Origin: Azolla caroliniana
Lineage: Eukaryota; Plantae; Polypodiophyta
Assembly (NCBI GenBank): GCA_043228905.1
Contig: JBHGNT010000038.1
Coordinates: 200,196 to 264,195, forward strand
Reading direction: 5' to 3'
DNA: 64,000 nucleotides
Numbering within the stretch: position 1 is the first letter of the stretch; each line of letters starts with the position of its first letter. This document shows, one piece after another, positions 1-16,100 of the stretch. A program made the position numbers and the translations under genes. The notes below the pieces were generated by a model. It had not been told where the DNA came from. It did no database searches and saw only the letters and a list, made by a program, of their open reading frames with translations.

Positions 1-3000
1 TACCAAATTTGAGGAGTGAGGTTGGAAGAGCGCGTGAGTGAATTAAAATGTTCATACCTGGCTCGTGTGATATCGGATTTTTGTGTTCAAACATGCGAAT
101 CGAAGCTAACAACGCTAGCTATGATATGGAATAAAAAAAACAAGATTTTGAAACTCAGGTCAAGAGACATGACGAAATTAGCAAATTTGAGGAGTGAGTT
201 GAGAGGAGCCCTTGAGTAAATTAAAATGTTCATACCTAGCGAGTGTGATATCGGCTTTTTGTGTACAAACATGCGAATCGAAGCTAACAACGCTAGCTAT
301 GATATGGAATTAAAAAATCAAGACTTTGAAACTTACGTCGAGAGATATGACGAAATTAGCAAATTTGAGGAGTGAGTTGAGAGGAGCCCTTGAGTAAATT
401 AAAATGGTCATACCTAGCGAGTGTGATATCGGATTTTTGTGTACAAACATGCGAATCGAAGCTAACAACGCTAGCTATGATATGGAATTACAAAATGAAG
501 ATTTTGAAACTCAGGTCGAGAGACATGACGAAATTACCAAATTTGAGGAGGGAGTTGAGAGGGGCCCTTGAGTAAATTAAAATGTTCATACCTAGCGAGT
601 GTGATATCGGATTTTTGTGTTCAAAATTGCGAATCGAAGCTAACAATGCTAGCTATGATATGGAATTAAAAAATCAAGATTTTGAAACTCAGGTCGAGAG
701 ACATGACGAAATTTCCAAATTTCAGGATGGAGTTGAGAAGAGCTAGTAGGTAAATTATAATGTTCATACCTGGTTCGTGTGATATCGGATTTTTGTGTTC
801 AAACATGCGAATCGAAGCTAAAAACGCTAGCTATGATATGGAATTAAAAAATCAAGATTTTGCAACTCAAGTCGAGAGACATGAAGAAATTACCAAATTT
901 GAGGAGTGAGGTTGGAAGAGCGCGTGAGTGAATTAAAATGTTCATACCTGGCTCGTGTGATATCGGATTTTTGTGTTCAAACATGCGAATCGAAGCTAAC
1001 AACGCTAGCTATGATATGGAATAAAAAAAACAAGATTTTGAAACTCAGGTCAAGAGACATGACGAAATTAGCAAATTTGAGGAGTGAGTTGAGAGGAGCC
1101 CTTCAGTAAATTAAAATGTTCATACCTAGCGAGTGTGATATCGGCTTTTTGTGTACAAACATGCGAATCGAAGCTAACAACGCTAGCTATGATATGGAAT
1201 TAAAAAATCAAGACTTTGAAACTTACGTCGAGAGATATGACGAAATTAGCAAATTTGAGGAGTGAGTTGAGAGGAGCCCTTGAGTAAATTAAAATGGTCA
1301 TACCTAGCGAGTGTGATATCGGATTTTTGTGTACAAACATGCGAATCGAAGCTAACAACGCTAGCTATGATATGGAATTACAAAATGAAGATTTTGAAAC
1401 TCAGGTCGAGAGACATGACGAAATTACCAAATTTGAGGAGGGAGTTGAGAGGGGCCCTTGAGTAAATTAAAATGTTCATACCTAGCGAGTGTGATATCGG
1501 ATTTTTGTGTTCAAACATGCGAATCGAAGCTAACAATGCTAGCTATGATATGGAATTAAAAAATCAAGATTTTGAAACTCAGGTCGAGAGACATGACGAA
1601 ATTTCCAAATTTCAGGAGGGAGTTGAGAAGAGCTAGTAGGTAAATTATAATGTTCATACCTCGTTCGTGTGATATCGGATTTTTGTGTTCAAACATGCGA
1701 ATCGAAGCTAAAAACGCTAGCTATGATATGGAATTAAAAAATCAAGATTTTGCAACTCAAGTCGAGAGACATGAAGAAATTACCAAATTTGAGGAGTGAG
1801 GTTGGAAGAGCGCGTGAGTGAATTAAAATGTTCATACCTGGCTCGTGTGATATCGGATTTTTGTGTTCAAACATGCGAATCGATGCTAACAACGCTAGCT
1901 ATGATATGGAATAAAAAAAACAAGATTTTGAAACTCAGGTCAAGAGACATGACGAAATTACCAAATTTGAGGAGTGAGTTGAGAGGAGCCCTTGAGTAAA
2001 TTAAAATGGTCATACCTAGCGAGTGTGATATCGGATTTTTGTGTACAAACATGCGAATCGAAGCTAACAACGCTAGCTATGATATGGAATTAAAAAATCA
2101 AGATTTTGAAACTTACGTCGAGAGATATGACGAAATTAGCAAATTTGAGGAGTGAGTTGAGAGGAGCCCTTGAGTAAATTAAAATGGTCATACCTAGCGA
2201 GTGTGATATCGGATTTTTGTGTTCAAACATGCGAATCTAAGCTAACAACGCTAGCTATGATATGGAATTAAAAAATCAAGATTTTGAAACTCAGGTCGAG
2301 AGACATGACGAAATTAGCAAATTTGAGGAGTGAGTTGAGAGGAGCCCTTGAGTAAATTAAAATGGTCATACCTAGCGAGTGTGATATCGGATTTTTGTGT
2401 ACAAACATGCGAATCGAAGCTAACAACGCTAGCTATGATATGGAATTAAAAAATCAAGATTTTGAAACTTACGTCGAGAGATATGACGAAATTAGCAAAT
2501 TTGAGGAGTGAGTTGAGAGGAGCCCTTGAGTAAATTAAAATGGTCATACCTAGCGAGTGTGATATCGGATTTTTGTGTACAAACATGCGAATCGAAGCTA
2601 ACAACGCTAGCTATGATATGGGATTACAAAATGAAGATTTTGACACTCAGGTCGAGAGACATGACGAAATTACCAAATTTGAGGAGGGAGTTGAGAGGGG
2701 CCCTTGAGTAAATTAAAATGTTCATACCTAGCGAGTGTGATATCGGATTTTTGTGTTCAAACATGCGAATCGAAGCTAACAATGCTAGCTATGATATGGA
2801 ATTAAAAAATCAAGATTTTGAAACTCAGGTCGAGAGACATGACGAAATTACCAAATTTGAGGAGGGAGTTGAGAGGGGCCCTTGAGTAAATTAAAATGTT
2901 CATACCTAGCGAGTGTGATATCGGATTTTTGTGTTCAAACATGCGAATCGAAGCTAACAACGCTAGCTATGATATGGAATTACAAAATGAAGATTTTGAA

Positions 3001-6000
3001 ACTCAGGTCGAGAGACATGACGAAATTACCAAATTTGAGGAGGGAGTTGAGAGGGGCCCTTGAGTAAATTAAAATGTTCATACCTAGCGAGTGTGATATC
3101 GGATTTTTGTGTTCAAACATGCGAATCGAAGCTAACAACGCTAGCTATGATATGGAATAAAAAAAACAAGATTTTGAAACTCAGGTCAAGAGACATGACG
3201 AAATTAGCAAATTTGAGGAGTGAGTTGAGAGGAGCCCTTGAGTAAATTAAAATGTTCATACCTAGCGAGTGTGATATCGGCTTTTTGTGTACAAACATGC
3301 GAATCGAAGCTAACAACGCTAGCTATGATATGGAATTAAAAAATCAAGACTTTGAAACTTACGTCGAGAGATATGACGAAATTAGCAAATTTGAGGAGTG
3401 AGTTGAGAGGAGCCCTTGAGTAAATTAAAATGGTCATACCTAGCGAGTGTGATATCGGATTTTTGTGTACAAACATGCGAATCGAAGCTAACAACGCTAG
3501 CTATGATATGGAATTACAAAATGAAGATTTTGAAACTCAGGTCGAGAGACATGACGAAATTACCAAATTTGAGGAGGGAGTTGAGAGGGGCCCTTGAGTA
3601 AATTAAAATGTTCATACCTAGCGAGTGTGATATCGGATTTTTGTGTTCAAAATTACGAATCGAAGCTAACAATGCTAGCTATGATATGGAATTAAAAAAT
3701 CAAGATTTTGAAACTCAGGTCGAGAGACATGACGAAATTTCCAAATTTCAGGATGGAGTTGAGAAGAGCTAGTAGGTAAATTATAATGTTCATACCTGGT
3801 TCGTGTGATATCGGATTTTTGTGTTCAAACATGCGAATCGAAGCTAAAAACGCTAGCTATGATATGGAATTAAAAAATCAAGATTTTGCAACTCAAGTCG
3901 AGAGACATGAAGAAATTACCAAATTTGAGGAGTGAGGTTGGAAGAGCGCGTGAGTGAATTAAAATGTTCATACCTGGCTCGTGTGATATCGGATTTTTGT
4001 GTTCAAACATGCGAATCGAAGCTAACAACGCTAGCTATGATATGGAATAAAAAAAACAAGATTTTGAAACTCAGGTCAAGAGACATGACGAAATTAGCAA
4101 ATTTGAGGAGTGAGTTGAGAGGAGCCCTTGAGTAAATTAAAATGTTCATACCTAGCGAGTGTGATATCGGCTTTTTGTGTACAAACATGCGAATCGAAGC
4201 TAACAACGCTAGCTATGATATGGAATTAAAAAATCAAGACTTTGAAACTTACGTCGAGAGATATGACGAAATTAGCAAATTTGAGGAGTGAGTTGAGAGG
4301 AGCCCTTGAGTAAATTAAAATGGTCATACCTAGCGAGTGTGATATCGGATTTTTGTGTACAAACATGCGAATCGAAGCTAACAACGCTAGCTATGATATG
4401 GAATTACAAAATGAAGATTTTGAAACTCAGGTCGAGAGACATGACGAAATTACCAAATTTGAGGAGGGAGTTGAGAGGGGCCCTTGAGTAAATTAAAATG
4501 TTCATACCTAGCGAGTGTGATATCGGATTTTTGTGTTCAAACATGCGAATCGAAGCTAACAATGCTAGCTATGATATGGAATTAAAAAATCAAGATTTTG
4601 AAACTCAGGTCGAGAGACATGACGAAATTTCCAAATTTCAGGAGGGAGTTGAGAAGAGCTAGTAGGTAAATTATAATGTTCATACCTCGTTCGTGTGATA
4701 TCGGATTTTTGTGTTCAAACATGCGAATCGAAGCTAAAAACGCTAGCTATGATATGGAATTAAAAAATCAAGATTTTGCAACTCAAGTCGAGAGACATGA
4801 AGAAATTACCAAATTTGAGGAGTGAGGTTGGAAGAGCGCGTGAGTGAATTAAAATGTTCATACCTGGCTCGTGTGATATCGGATTTTTGTGTTCAAACAT
4901 GCGAATCGATGCTAACAACGCTAGCTATGATATGGAATAAAAAAAACAAGATTTTGAAACTCAGGTCAAGAGACATGACGAAATTACCAAATTTGAGGAG
5001 TGAGTTGAGAGGAGCCCTTGAGTAAATTAAAATGGTCATACCTAGCGAGTGTGATATCGGATTTTTGTGTACAAACATGCGAATCGAAGCTAACAACGCT
5101 AGCTATGATATGGAATTAAAAAATCAAGATTTTGAAACTTACGTCGAGAGATATGACGAAATTAGCAAATTTGAGGAGTGAGTTGAGAGGAGCCCTTGAG
5201 TAAATTAAAATGGTCATACCTAGCGAGTGTGATATCGGATTTTTGTGTTCAAACATGCGAATCTAAGCTAACAACGCTAGCTATGATATGGAATTAAAAA
5301 ATCAAGATTTTGAAACTCAGGTCGAGAGACATGACGAAATTACCAAATTTGAGGAGTGAGTTGAGAGGAGCCCTTGAGTAAATTAAAATGGTCATACCTA
5401 GCGAGTGTGATATCGGATTTTTGTGTACAAACATGCGAATCGAAGCTAACAACGCTAGCTATGATATGGAATTAAAAAATCAAGATTTTGAAACTTACGT
5501 CGAGAGATATGACGAAATTAGCAAATTTGAGGAGTGAGTTGAGAGGAGCCCTTGAGTAAATTAAAATGGTCATACCTAGCGAGTGTGATATCGGATTTTT
5601 GTGTACAAACATGCGAATCGAAGCTAACAACGCTAGCTATGATATGGGATTACAAAATGAAGATTTTGACACTCAGGTCGAGAGACATGACGAAATTACC
5701 AAATTTGAGGAGGGAGTTGAGAGGGGCCCTTGAGTAAATTAAAATGTTCATACCTAGCGAGTGTGATATCGGATTTTTGTGTTCAAACATGCGAATCGAA
5801 GCTAACAATGCTAGCTATGATATGGAATTAAAAAATCAAGATTTTGAAACTCAGGTCGAGAGACATGACGAAATTACCAAATTTGAGGAGGGAGTTGAGA
5901 GGGGCCCTTGAGTAAATTAAAATGTTCATACCTAGCGAGTGTGATATCGGATTTTTGTGTTCAAACATGCGAATCGAAGCTAACAACGCTAGCTATGATA

Positions 6001-9000
6001 TGGAATTACAAAATGAAGATTTTGAAACTCAGGTCGAGAGACATGACGAAATTACCAAATTTGAGGAGGGAGTTGAGAGGGGCCCTTGAGTAAATTAAAA
6101 TGTTCATACCTAGCGAGTGTGATATCGGATTTTTGTGTTCAAACATGCGAATCGAAGCTAACAACGCTAGCTATGATATGGAATAAAAAAAACAAGATTT
6201 TGAAACTCAGGTCAAGAGACATGACGAAATTAGCAAATTTGAGGAGTGAGTTGAGAGGAGCCCTTGAGTAAATTAAAATGTTCATACCTAGCGAGTGTGA
6301 TATCGGCTTTTTGTGTACAAACATGCGAATCGAAGCTAACAACGCTAGCTATGATATGGAATTAAAAAATCAAGATTTTGAAACTTACGTCGAGAGATAT
6401 GACGAAATTAGCAAATTTGAGGAGTGAGTTGAGAGGAGCCCTTGAGTAAATTAAAATGGTCATACCTAGCGAGTGTGATATCGGATTTTTGTGTACAAAC
6501 ATGCGAATCGAAGCTAACAACGCTAGCTATGATATGGGATTACAAAATGAAGATTTTGACACTCAGGTCGAGAGACATGACGAAATTACCAAATTTGAGG
6601 AGGGAGTTGAGAGGGGCCCTTGAGTAAATTAAAATGTTCATACCTAGCGAGTGTGATATCGGATTTTTGTGTTCAAACATGCGAATCGAAGCTAACAATG
6701 CTAGCTATGATATGGAATTAAAAAATCAAGATTTTGAAACTCAGGTCGAGAGACATGACGAAATTACCAAATTTGAGGAGGGAGTTGAGAGGGGCCCTTG
6801 AGTAAATTAAAATGTTCATACCTAGCGAGTGTGATATCGGATTTTTGTGTTCAAACATGCGAATCGAAGCTAACAACGCTAGCTATGATATGGAATTACA
6901 AAATGAAGATTTTGAAACTCAGGTCGAGAGACATGACGAAATTACCAAATTTGAGGAGGGAGTTGAGAGGGGCCCTTGAGTAAATTAAAATGTTCATACC
7001 TAGCGAGTGTGATATCGGATTTTTGTGTTCAAACATGCGAATCGAAGCTAACAACGCTAGCTATGATATGGAATAAAAAAAACAAGATTTTGAAACTCAG
7101 GTCAAGAGACATGACGAAATTAGCAAATTTGAGGAGTGAGTTGAGAGGAGCCCTTGAGTAAATTAAAATGTTCATACCTAGCGAGTGTGATATCGGCTTT
7201 TTGTGTACAAACATGCGAATCGAAGCTAACAACGCTAGCTATGATATGGAATTAAAAAATCAAGACTTTGAAACTTACGTCGAGAGATATGACGAAATTA
7301 GCAAATTTGAGGAGTGAGTTGAGAGGAGCCCTTGAGTAAATTAAAATGGTCATACCTAGCGAGTGTGATATCGGATTTTTGTGTACAAACATGCGAATCG
7401 AAGCTAACAACGCTAGCTATGATATGGAATTACAAAATGAAGATTTTGAAACTCAGGTCGAGAGACATGACGAAATTACCAAATTTGAGGAGGGAGTTGA
7501 GAGGGGCCCTTGAGTAAATTAAAATGTTCATACCTAGCGAGTGTGATATCGGATTTTTGTGTTCAAAATTGCGAATCGAAGCTAACAATGCTAGCTATGA
7601 TATGGAATTAAAAAATCAAGATTTTGAAACTCAGGTCGAGAGACATGACGAAATTTCCAAATTTCAGGATGGAGTTGAGAAGAGCTAGTAGGTAAATTAT
7701 AATGTTCATACCTGGTTCGTGTGATATCGGATTTTTGTGTTCAAACATGCGAATCGAAGCTAAAAACGCTAGCTATGATATGGAATTAAAAAATCAAGAT
7801 TTTGCAACTCAAGTCGAGAGACATGAAGAAATTACCAAATTTGAGGAGTGAGGTTGGAAGAGCGCGTGAGTGAATTAAAATGTTCATACCTGGCTCGTGT
7901 GATATCGGATTTTTGTGTTCAAACATGCGAATCGAAGCTAACAACGCTAGCTATGATATGGAATAAAAAAAACAAGATTTTGAAACTCAGGTCAAGAGAC
8001 ATGACGAAATTAGCAAATTTGAGGAGTGAGTTGAGAGGAGCCCTTCAGTAAATTAAAATGTTCATACCTAGCGAGTGTGATATCGGCTTTTTGTGTACAA
8101 ACATGCGAATCGAAGCTAACAACGCTAGCTATGATATGGAATTAAAAAATCAAGACTTTGAAACTTACGTCGAGAGATATGACGAAATTAGCAAATTTGA
8201 GGAGTGAGTTGAGAGGAGCCCTTGAGTAAATTAAAATGGTCATACCTAGCGAGTGTGATATCGGATTTTTGTGTACAAACATGCGAATCGAAGCTAACAA
8301 CGCTAGCTATGATATGGAATTACAAAATGAAGATTTTGAAACTCAGGTCGAGAGACATGACGAAATTACCAAATTTGAGGAGGGAGTTGAGAGGGGCCCT
8401 TGAGTAAATTAAAATGTTCATACCTAGCGAGTGTGATATCGGATTTTTGTGTTCAAACATGCGAATCGAAGCTAACAATGCTAGCTATGATATGGAATTA
8501 AAAAATCAAGATTTTGAAACTCAGGTCGAGAGACATGACGAAATTTCCAAATTTCAGGAGGGAGTTGAGAAGAGCTAGTAGGTAAATTATAATGTTCATA
8601 CCTCGTTCGTGTGATATCGGATTTTTGTGTTCAAACATGCGAATCGAAGCTAAAAACGCTAGCTATGATATGGAATTAAAAAATCAAGATTTTGCAACTC
8701 AAGTCGAGAGACATGAAGAAATTACCAAATTTGAGGAGTGAGGTTGGAAGAGCGCGTGAGTGAATTAAAATGTTCATACCTGGCTCGTGTGATATCGGAT
8801 TTTTGTGTTCAAACATGCGAATCGATGCTAACAACGCTAGCTATGATATGGAATAAAAAAAACAAGATTTTGAAACTCAGGTCAAGAGACATGACGAAAT
8901 TACCAAATTTGAGGAGTGAGTTGAGAGGAGCCCTTGAGTAAATTAAAATGGTCATACCTAGCGAGTGTGATATCGGATTTTTGTGTACAAACATGCGAAT

Positions 9001-10700
9001 CGAAGCTAACAACGCTAGCTATGATATGGAATTAAAAAATCAAGATTTTGAAACTTACGTCGAGAGATATGACGAAATTAGCAAATTTGAGGAGTGAGTT
9101 GAGAGGAGCCCTTGAGTAAATTAAAATGGTCATACCTAGCGAGTGTGATATCGGATTTTTGTGTTCAAACATGCGAATCTAAGCTAACAACGCTAGCTAT
9201 GATATGGAATTAAAAAATCAAGATTTTGAAACTCAGGTCGAGAGACATGACGAAATTACCAAATTTGAGGAGTGAGTTGAGAGGAGCCCTTGAGTAAATT
9301 AAAATGGTCATACCTAGCGAGTGTGATATCGGATTTTTGTGTACAAACATGCGAATCGAAGCTAACAACGCTAGCTATGATATGGAATTAAAAAATCAAG
9401 ATTTTGAAACTTACGTCGAGAGATATGACGAAATTAGCAAATTTGAGGAGTGAGTTGAGAGGAGCCCTTGAGTAAATTAAAATGGTCATACCTAGCGAGT
9501 GTGATATCGGATTTTTGTGTACAAACATGCGAATCGAAGCTAACAACGCTAGCTATGATATGGGATTACAAAATGAAGATTTTGAAACTCAGGTCGAGAG
9601 ACATGACGAAATTACCAAATTTGAGGAGGGAGTTGAGAGGGGCCCTTGAGTAAATTAAAATGTTCATACCTAGCGAGTGTGATATCGGATTTTTGTGTTC
9701 AAACATGCGAATCGAAGCTAACAATGCTAGCTATGATATGGAATTAAAAAATCAAGATTTTGAAACTCAGGTCGAGAGACATGACGAAATTACCAAATTT
9801 GAGGAGGGAGTTGAGAGGGGCCCTTGAGTAAATTAAAATGTTCATACCTAGCGAGTGTGATATCGGATTTTTGTGTTCAAACATGCGAATCGAAGCTAAC
9901 AACGCTAGCTATGATATGGAATTACAAAATGAAGATTTTGAAACTCAGGTCGAGAGACATGACGAAATTACCAAATTTGAGGAGGGAGTTGAGAGGGGCC
10001 CTTGAGTAAATTAAAATGTTCATACCTAGCGAGTGTGATATCGGATTTTTGTGTTCAAACATGCGAATCGAAGCTAACAATGCTAGCTATGATATGGAAT
10101 TAAAAAATCAAGATTTTGAAACTCAGGTCGAGAGACATGACGAAATTTCCAAATTTCAGGAGGGAGTTGAGAAGAGCTAGTAGGTAAATTATAATGTTCA
10201 TACCTGGTTCGTGTGATATCGGATTATTGTGTTCAAACATGCGAATCGAAGCTAAAAACGCTAGCTATGATATGGAATTAAAAAATCAAGATTTTGCAAC
10301 TCAAGTCGAGAGACATGAAGAAATTACCAAATTTGAGGAGTGAGGTTGGAAGAGCGCGTGAGTGAATTAAAATGTTCATACCTGGCTCGTGTGATATCGG
10401 ATTTTTGTGTTCAAACATGCGAATCGAAGCTAACAACGCTAGCTATGATATGGAATAAAAAAAACAAGATTTTGAAACTCAGGTCCAGAGACATGACGAA
10501 ATTAGCAAATTTGAGGAGTGAGTTGAGAGGAGCCCTTGAGTAAATTAAAATGTTCATACCTAGCGAGTGTGATATCGGCTTTTTGTGTACAAAAATGCGA
10601 ATCGAAGCTAACAACGCTAGCTATGATATGGAATTAAAAAATCAAGATTTTGAAACTCAGGTCGAGAGACATGACGAAATTACCAAATTTGAGGAGGGGG
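1..10700 (+). repeat. HOR domain I: 5-mer (890 bp) nested in 17-, 22- and 39-mer blocks
   Basis: Near-identical ORFs start at 16, 906, 1796 (period 890 = 5x178). The variant CGATGCTA (translated CESML) marks ORFs at 1796, 4822, 8738 (3026 = 17x178; 3916 = 22x178). The variant CTTCAGT (RGALQ) marks ORFs at 906 and 7848 (6942 = 39x178). Boundaries approximate. Confidence 0.9.
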
Positions 10701-13199
10701 TTGAGAGGGGCCCTTGAGTAAATTAAAATGTTCATACCTAGCTCGTGTGATATCGGATTTTTGTGTTCAAACATGCGAATCGAAGCTAACAACGCTAGCT
10801 ATGATATGGAATAAAAAAAACAAGATTTTGAAACTCAGGTCGAGAGACATGACGAAATTACCAAATTTGAGGAGTGAGTTGAGAGGAGCCCTTGAGTAAA
10901 TTAAAATGGTCATACCTAGCGAGTGTGATATCGGATTTTTGTGTACAAACATGCGAATCGAAGCTAACAACGCTAGCTATGATATGGAATTAAAAAATCA
11001 AGATTTTGAAACTCAGGTCGAGAGACATGACGACATTTCCAAATTTCAGGAGGGAGTTGAGAAGAGCTAGTAGGTAAATTATAATGTTCATACCTGGTTC
11101 GTGTGATATTGGATTTTTGTGTTCAAACATTCGAATCGAAGCTAACAACGCTAGCTATGATATGGAATTACAAAATCAAGATTTTGAAACTCCAGTCGAG
11201 AGACATGATGAAATTGCCAAATTTGACGAGTGAAGTTGGAAGAGCGCGTGAGTGAATTAAAATGTTCATACCTGGCTCGTGTGATATCGGATTTTTGTGT
11301 TCAAACATGCAAATCGAAGCTAACAACGCTAGCTATGATATGGAATTAAAAAATCAATATTTTGAAAATCAGGTCGAGAGGCATGACGAAATTAGCAAAT
11401 TTGAGGAGTGAGTTGAGAGGAGCCCTTGAGTAAATTAAAATGTTCATACCTAGTGAGCGTGATATCGGATTTTTGTGTTCAAACATGCGAATCGAAGCTA
11501 ACAACGCTAGCTATGATATGGAATTAAAAAATCAAGATTTTGAAACTAAGGTTGAGAGACATGACGAAATTAGCAAATTTGAGGAGTGACGTTGGAAGAG
11601 CGCGTGAGTGAATTAAAATGTTCATACCTGGCTCGTGTGATATCGGATTTTTGTGTTCAAACATGCTAATCGAAGCTAACAACGCTAGCTATGATATGGA
11701 ATTAAAAAATCAAGATTTTGAAACTCAGGTCCAGATACATGACGAAATTAGCAAATTTGAGGAGTGAGTTGAGAGGAGCCCTTGAGTAAATTAAAATGTT
11801 CATACATAGCGAGTGTGATATCGGATTTTTGTGTGCAAACATGCGATTCGAAGCTAACAACGCTAGCTATGATATGGAATTAAAAAATCAAGATTTTGAA
11901 ACTCAGGTCGAGAGACATGACGAAATTACCAAATTTGAGGAGGGGGTTGAGAGGGGCCCTTGAGTAAATTAAAATGTTCATACCTAGCTCGTGTGATATC
12001 GGATTTTTGTGTTCAAACATGCGAATCGAAGCTAACAACGCTAGCTATGATATGGAATAAAAAAAACAAGATTTTGAAACTCAGGTCGAGAGACATGACG
12101 AAATTACCAAATTTGAGGAGTGAGTTGAGAGGAGCCCTTGAGTAAATTAAAATGGTCATACCTAGCTAGTGTGATATCGGATTTTTGTGTTCAAACATGC
12201 GAATCGAAGCTAACAACGTTAGCTATGATATGGAATTCAAAAATCAAGATTTTGAAACTCAGGTCGAGAGACATGACGAAATTTCCAAATTTCAGGAGGG
12301 AGTTGAGAAGAGCTAGTAGGTAAATTATAATGTTCATACCTAGCTCGTGTTATATCGGATTTTTGTGTTCAAACATGCGAATCGAAGCTAACAACGCTAG
12401 CTATGATATGGAATTAAAAAATCAAGATTTTGAAACTCAGGTCGAGAGACATGACGAAATTTCCAAATTTCAGGAGGGGGTTGAGAGGGGCCCTTGAGTA
12501 AATTAAAATGTTCATACCTAGCTCGTGTGATATCGGATTTTTGTGTTCAAACATGCGAATCGAAGCTAACAACGCTAGCTATGATATGGAATAAAAAAAA
12601 CAAGATTTTGAAACTCAGGTCGAGAGATATGACGAAATTACCAAATTTGAGGAGTGAGTTGAGAGGAGCCCTTGAGTAAATTAAAATGGTCATACCTAGC
12701 GAGTGTGATATCGGATTTTTGTGTACAAACATGCGAATCGAAGCTAACAACGCTATCTATGATATGGAATTAAAAAATCAAGAGTTTGAAACTTACGTCG
12801 AGAGATATGACGAAATTAGCAAATTTGAGGAGTGAGTTGAGAGGAGCCCTTGAGTAAATTAAAATGGTCATACCTAGCGAGTGTGATATCGGATTTTTGT
12901 GTTCGAACATGCGAATCTAAGCTAACAACGCTAGCTATGATATGGAATTAAAAAATCAAGATTTTGAAACTCAGGTCGAGAGACATGACGAAATTACCAA
13001 ATTTGAGGAGTGAGTTGAGAGGAGCCCTTGAGTAAATTAAAATGGTCATACCTAGCGAGTGTGATATCGGATTTTTGTGTACAAACATGCGAATCGAAGC
13101 TAACAACGCTAGCTATGATATGGAATTAAAAAATCAAGATTTTGAAACTCAGGTCGAGAGACATGACGAAATTACCAAATTTGAGGAGTGAGTTGAGAG

Positions 13200-16100
13200 G
13201 AGCCCTTGAGTAAATTAAAATGGTCATACCTAGCGAGTGTGATATCGGATTTTTGTGTACAAACATGCGAATCGAAGCTAACAACGCTAGCTATGATATG
13301 GAATTAAAAAATCAAGATTTTGAAACTCAGGTCGAGAGACATGACGACATTTCCAAATTTCAGGAGGGAGTTGAGAAGAGCTAGTAGGTAAATTATAATG
13401 TTCATACCTGGTTCGTGTGATATTGGATTTTTGTGTTCAAACATTCGAATCGAAGCTAACAACGCTAGCTATGATATGGAATTACAAAATCAAGATTTTG
13501 AAACTCCAGTCGAGAGACATGATGAAATTGCAAAATTTGACGAGTGACGTTGGAAGAGCGCGTGAGTGAATTAAAATGTTCATACCTGGCTCGTGTGATA
13601 TCGGATTTTTGTGTTCAAACATGGAAATCGAAGGTAACAACGCTAGCTATGATATGGAATTAAAAAATCAATATTTTGAAAATCAGGTCGAGAGGCATGA
13701 CGAAATTAGCAAATTTGAGGAGTGAGTTGAGAGGAGCCCTTGAGTAAATTAAAATGTTCATACCTAGTGAGCGTGATATCGGATTTTTGTGTTCAAACAT
13801 GCGAATCGAAGCTAACAACGCAAGCTATGATATGGAATTAAAAAATCAAGATTTTGAAACTCAGGTCGAGAGACATGACGAAATTAGCAACCTTGACGAG
13901 GGAGTTGAGAGGAGCCCTTAAGTAAATAAAAATGTTCATACCTAGCTCGTGTGATATCGGATTTTTGTGTTCAAACATGCGAATCGAAGCTAACAACGCT
14001 AGCTGTGATTTGGAATTAAAAAATCAAGATTTTGCAACTCAAGTCGGGAGACATGACGAAATTAGCAAATTTGAGGAGTGACTTGAGAGGAGCCCTTGAG
14101 TAAATTAAAATGGTCATACCTAGCGAGTGTGATATCGGATTTTTGTGTACAAACATGCGAATCGAAGCTAACAACGCTAGCTATGATATGGAATTAAAAA
14201 ATCAACATTTTGAAACTCAGGTCGAGAGACATGACGAAATTTCCAAATTTCACGAGGGAGTTGACAAGAGCTAGTAGGTAAATTATAATGTTCATACCTG
14301 GTTCGTGTGATATCGGATTTTTGTGTTCAAACATGCGAATCGAAGCTAACAACGCTAGCTATGATATGGAATTACAAAATCAAGATTTTGAAACTCAGGT
14401 CGAGAGACATGACGAAATTACCAAATTTGAGGAGGGAGTTGAGAGGGGCCCTTGAGTAAATTAAAATGTTCATACCTAGCGAGTGTGATATCGGATTTTT
14501 GTGTTCAAACATGCGAATCGAAGCTAACAACGCTAGTTGTGATTTGGAATTAAAAAATCAAGATTTTGATACTCAGGTCGAGAGACATGACGAAATTAGC
14601 AAATTTGAGGAGTGAGTTGAGAGGAGCCCTTGAGTAAATTAAAATGGTCATACCTAGCGAGTGTGATATCGGATTTTTGTGTTCAAACATGCGAATCGAA
14701 GCTAACAACGCTAGCTGTGATTTGGAATTAAAAAATCAAGATTTTGATACTCAGGTCGAGAGACATGACGAAATTAGCAAATTTGAGGAGTGAGTTGAGA
14801 GGAGCCCTTGAGTAAATTAAAATGGTCATACCTAGCGAGTGTGATATCGGATTTTTGTGTACAAACATGCGAATCGAAGCTAACAACGCTAGCTATGATA
14901 TGGAATTAAAAAATCAAGATTTTGAAACTCAGGTCGAGAGACATGACGAAATTTCCAAATTTCAGGAGGGAGTTGACAAGAGCTAGTAGGTAAATTATAA
15001 TGTTCATACCTGGTTCGTGTGATATCGGATTTTTGTGTTCAAACATGCGAATCGAAGCTAACAACGCTAGCTATGATATGGAATTACAAAATCAAGATTT
15101 TGAAACTCAGGTCGAGAGACATGACGAAATTACCAAATTTCAGGAGGGAGTTGAGAGGAGCCCTTGAGTAAATTAAAATGTTCATACCTAGCGAGTGTGA
15201 TATCGCACTTTTGTGTACAAACATGCGAATCGAAGCTAACAACGCTAGCTATGATATGGAATTAAAAAATCAAGAGTTTGAAACTCAGGTCGAGAGACAT
15301 GACGAAATTTCCAAATTTCAGGAGGGAGTTGAGAAGAGCTAGTAGGTAAATTATAATGTTCATACCTGGTTCGTGTGATATCGGATTTTTGTGTTCAAAC
15401 ATTCGAATCGAAGCTAACAACGCTAGCTATGATATGGAATTACAAAATCAAGATTTTGAAACTCCAGTCGAGAGACATGATGAAATTTCCAAATTTGAGG
15501 AGTGACGTTGGAAGAGCGCGTGAGTGAATTAAAATGTTCATACCTGGCTCGTGTGATATCGGATTTTTGTGTTCAAACATGCGAATCGAAGCTAACAACG
15601 CTAGCTATGATATGGAATTAAGAAATCAAGATTTTGAAACTGAGGTCGAGAGACATGACGAAATTAGCAAATTTGAGGAGTGAGTTGAGAGGAGCCCTTG
15701 AGTAAATTAAAATGGTCATACCTAGCGAGTGTGATATCGGATTTTTGTGTACAAACATGCGAATCGAAGCTAACAACGCTAGCTATGATATGGAATTAAA
15801 AAATCAAGATTTTGAAACTCAGGTCGAGAGACATGACGACATTTCCAAATTTCAGGAGGGAGTTGAGAAGAGCTAGTAGGTAAATTATAATGTTCATACC
15901 TGGTTCGTGTGATATTGGATTTTTGTGTTCAAACATTCGAATCGAAGCTAACAACGCTAGCTATGATATGGAATTACAAAATCAAGATTTTGAAACTCCA
16001 GTCGAGAGACATGATGAAATTGCCAAATTTGACGAGTGACGTTGGAAGAGCGCGTGAGTGAATTAAAATGTTCATACCTGGCTCGTGTGATATCGGATTT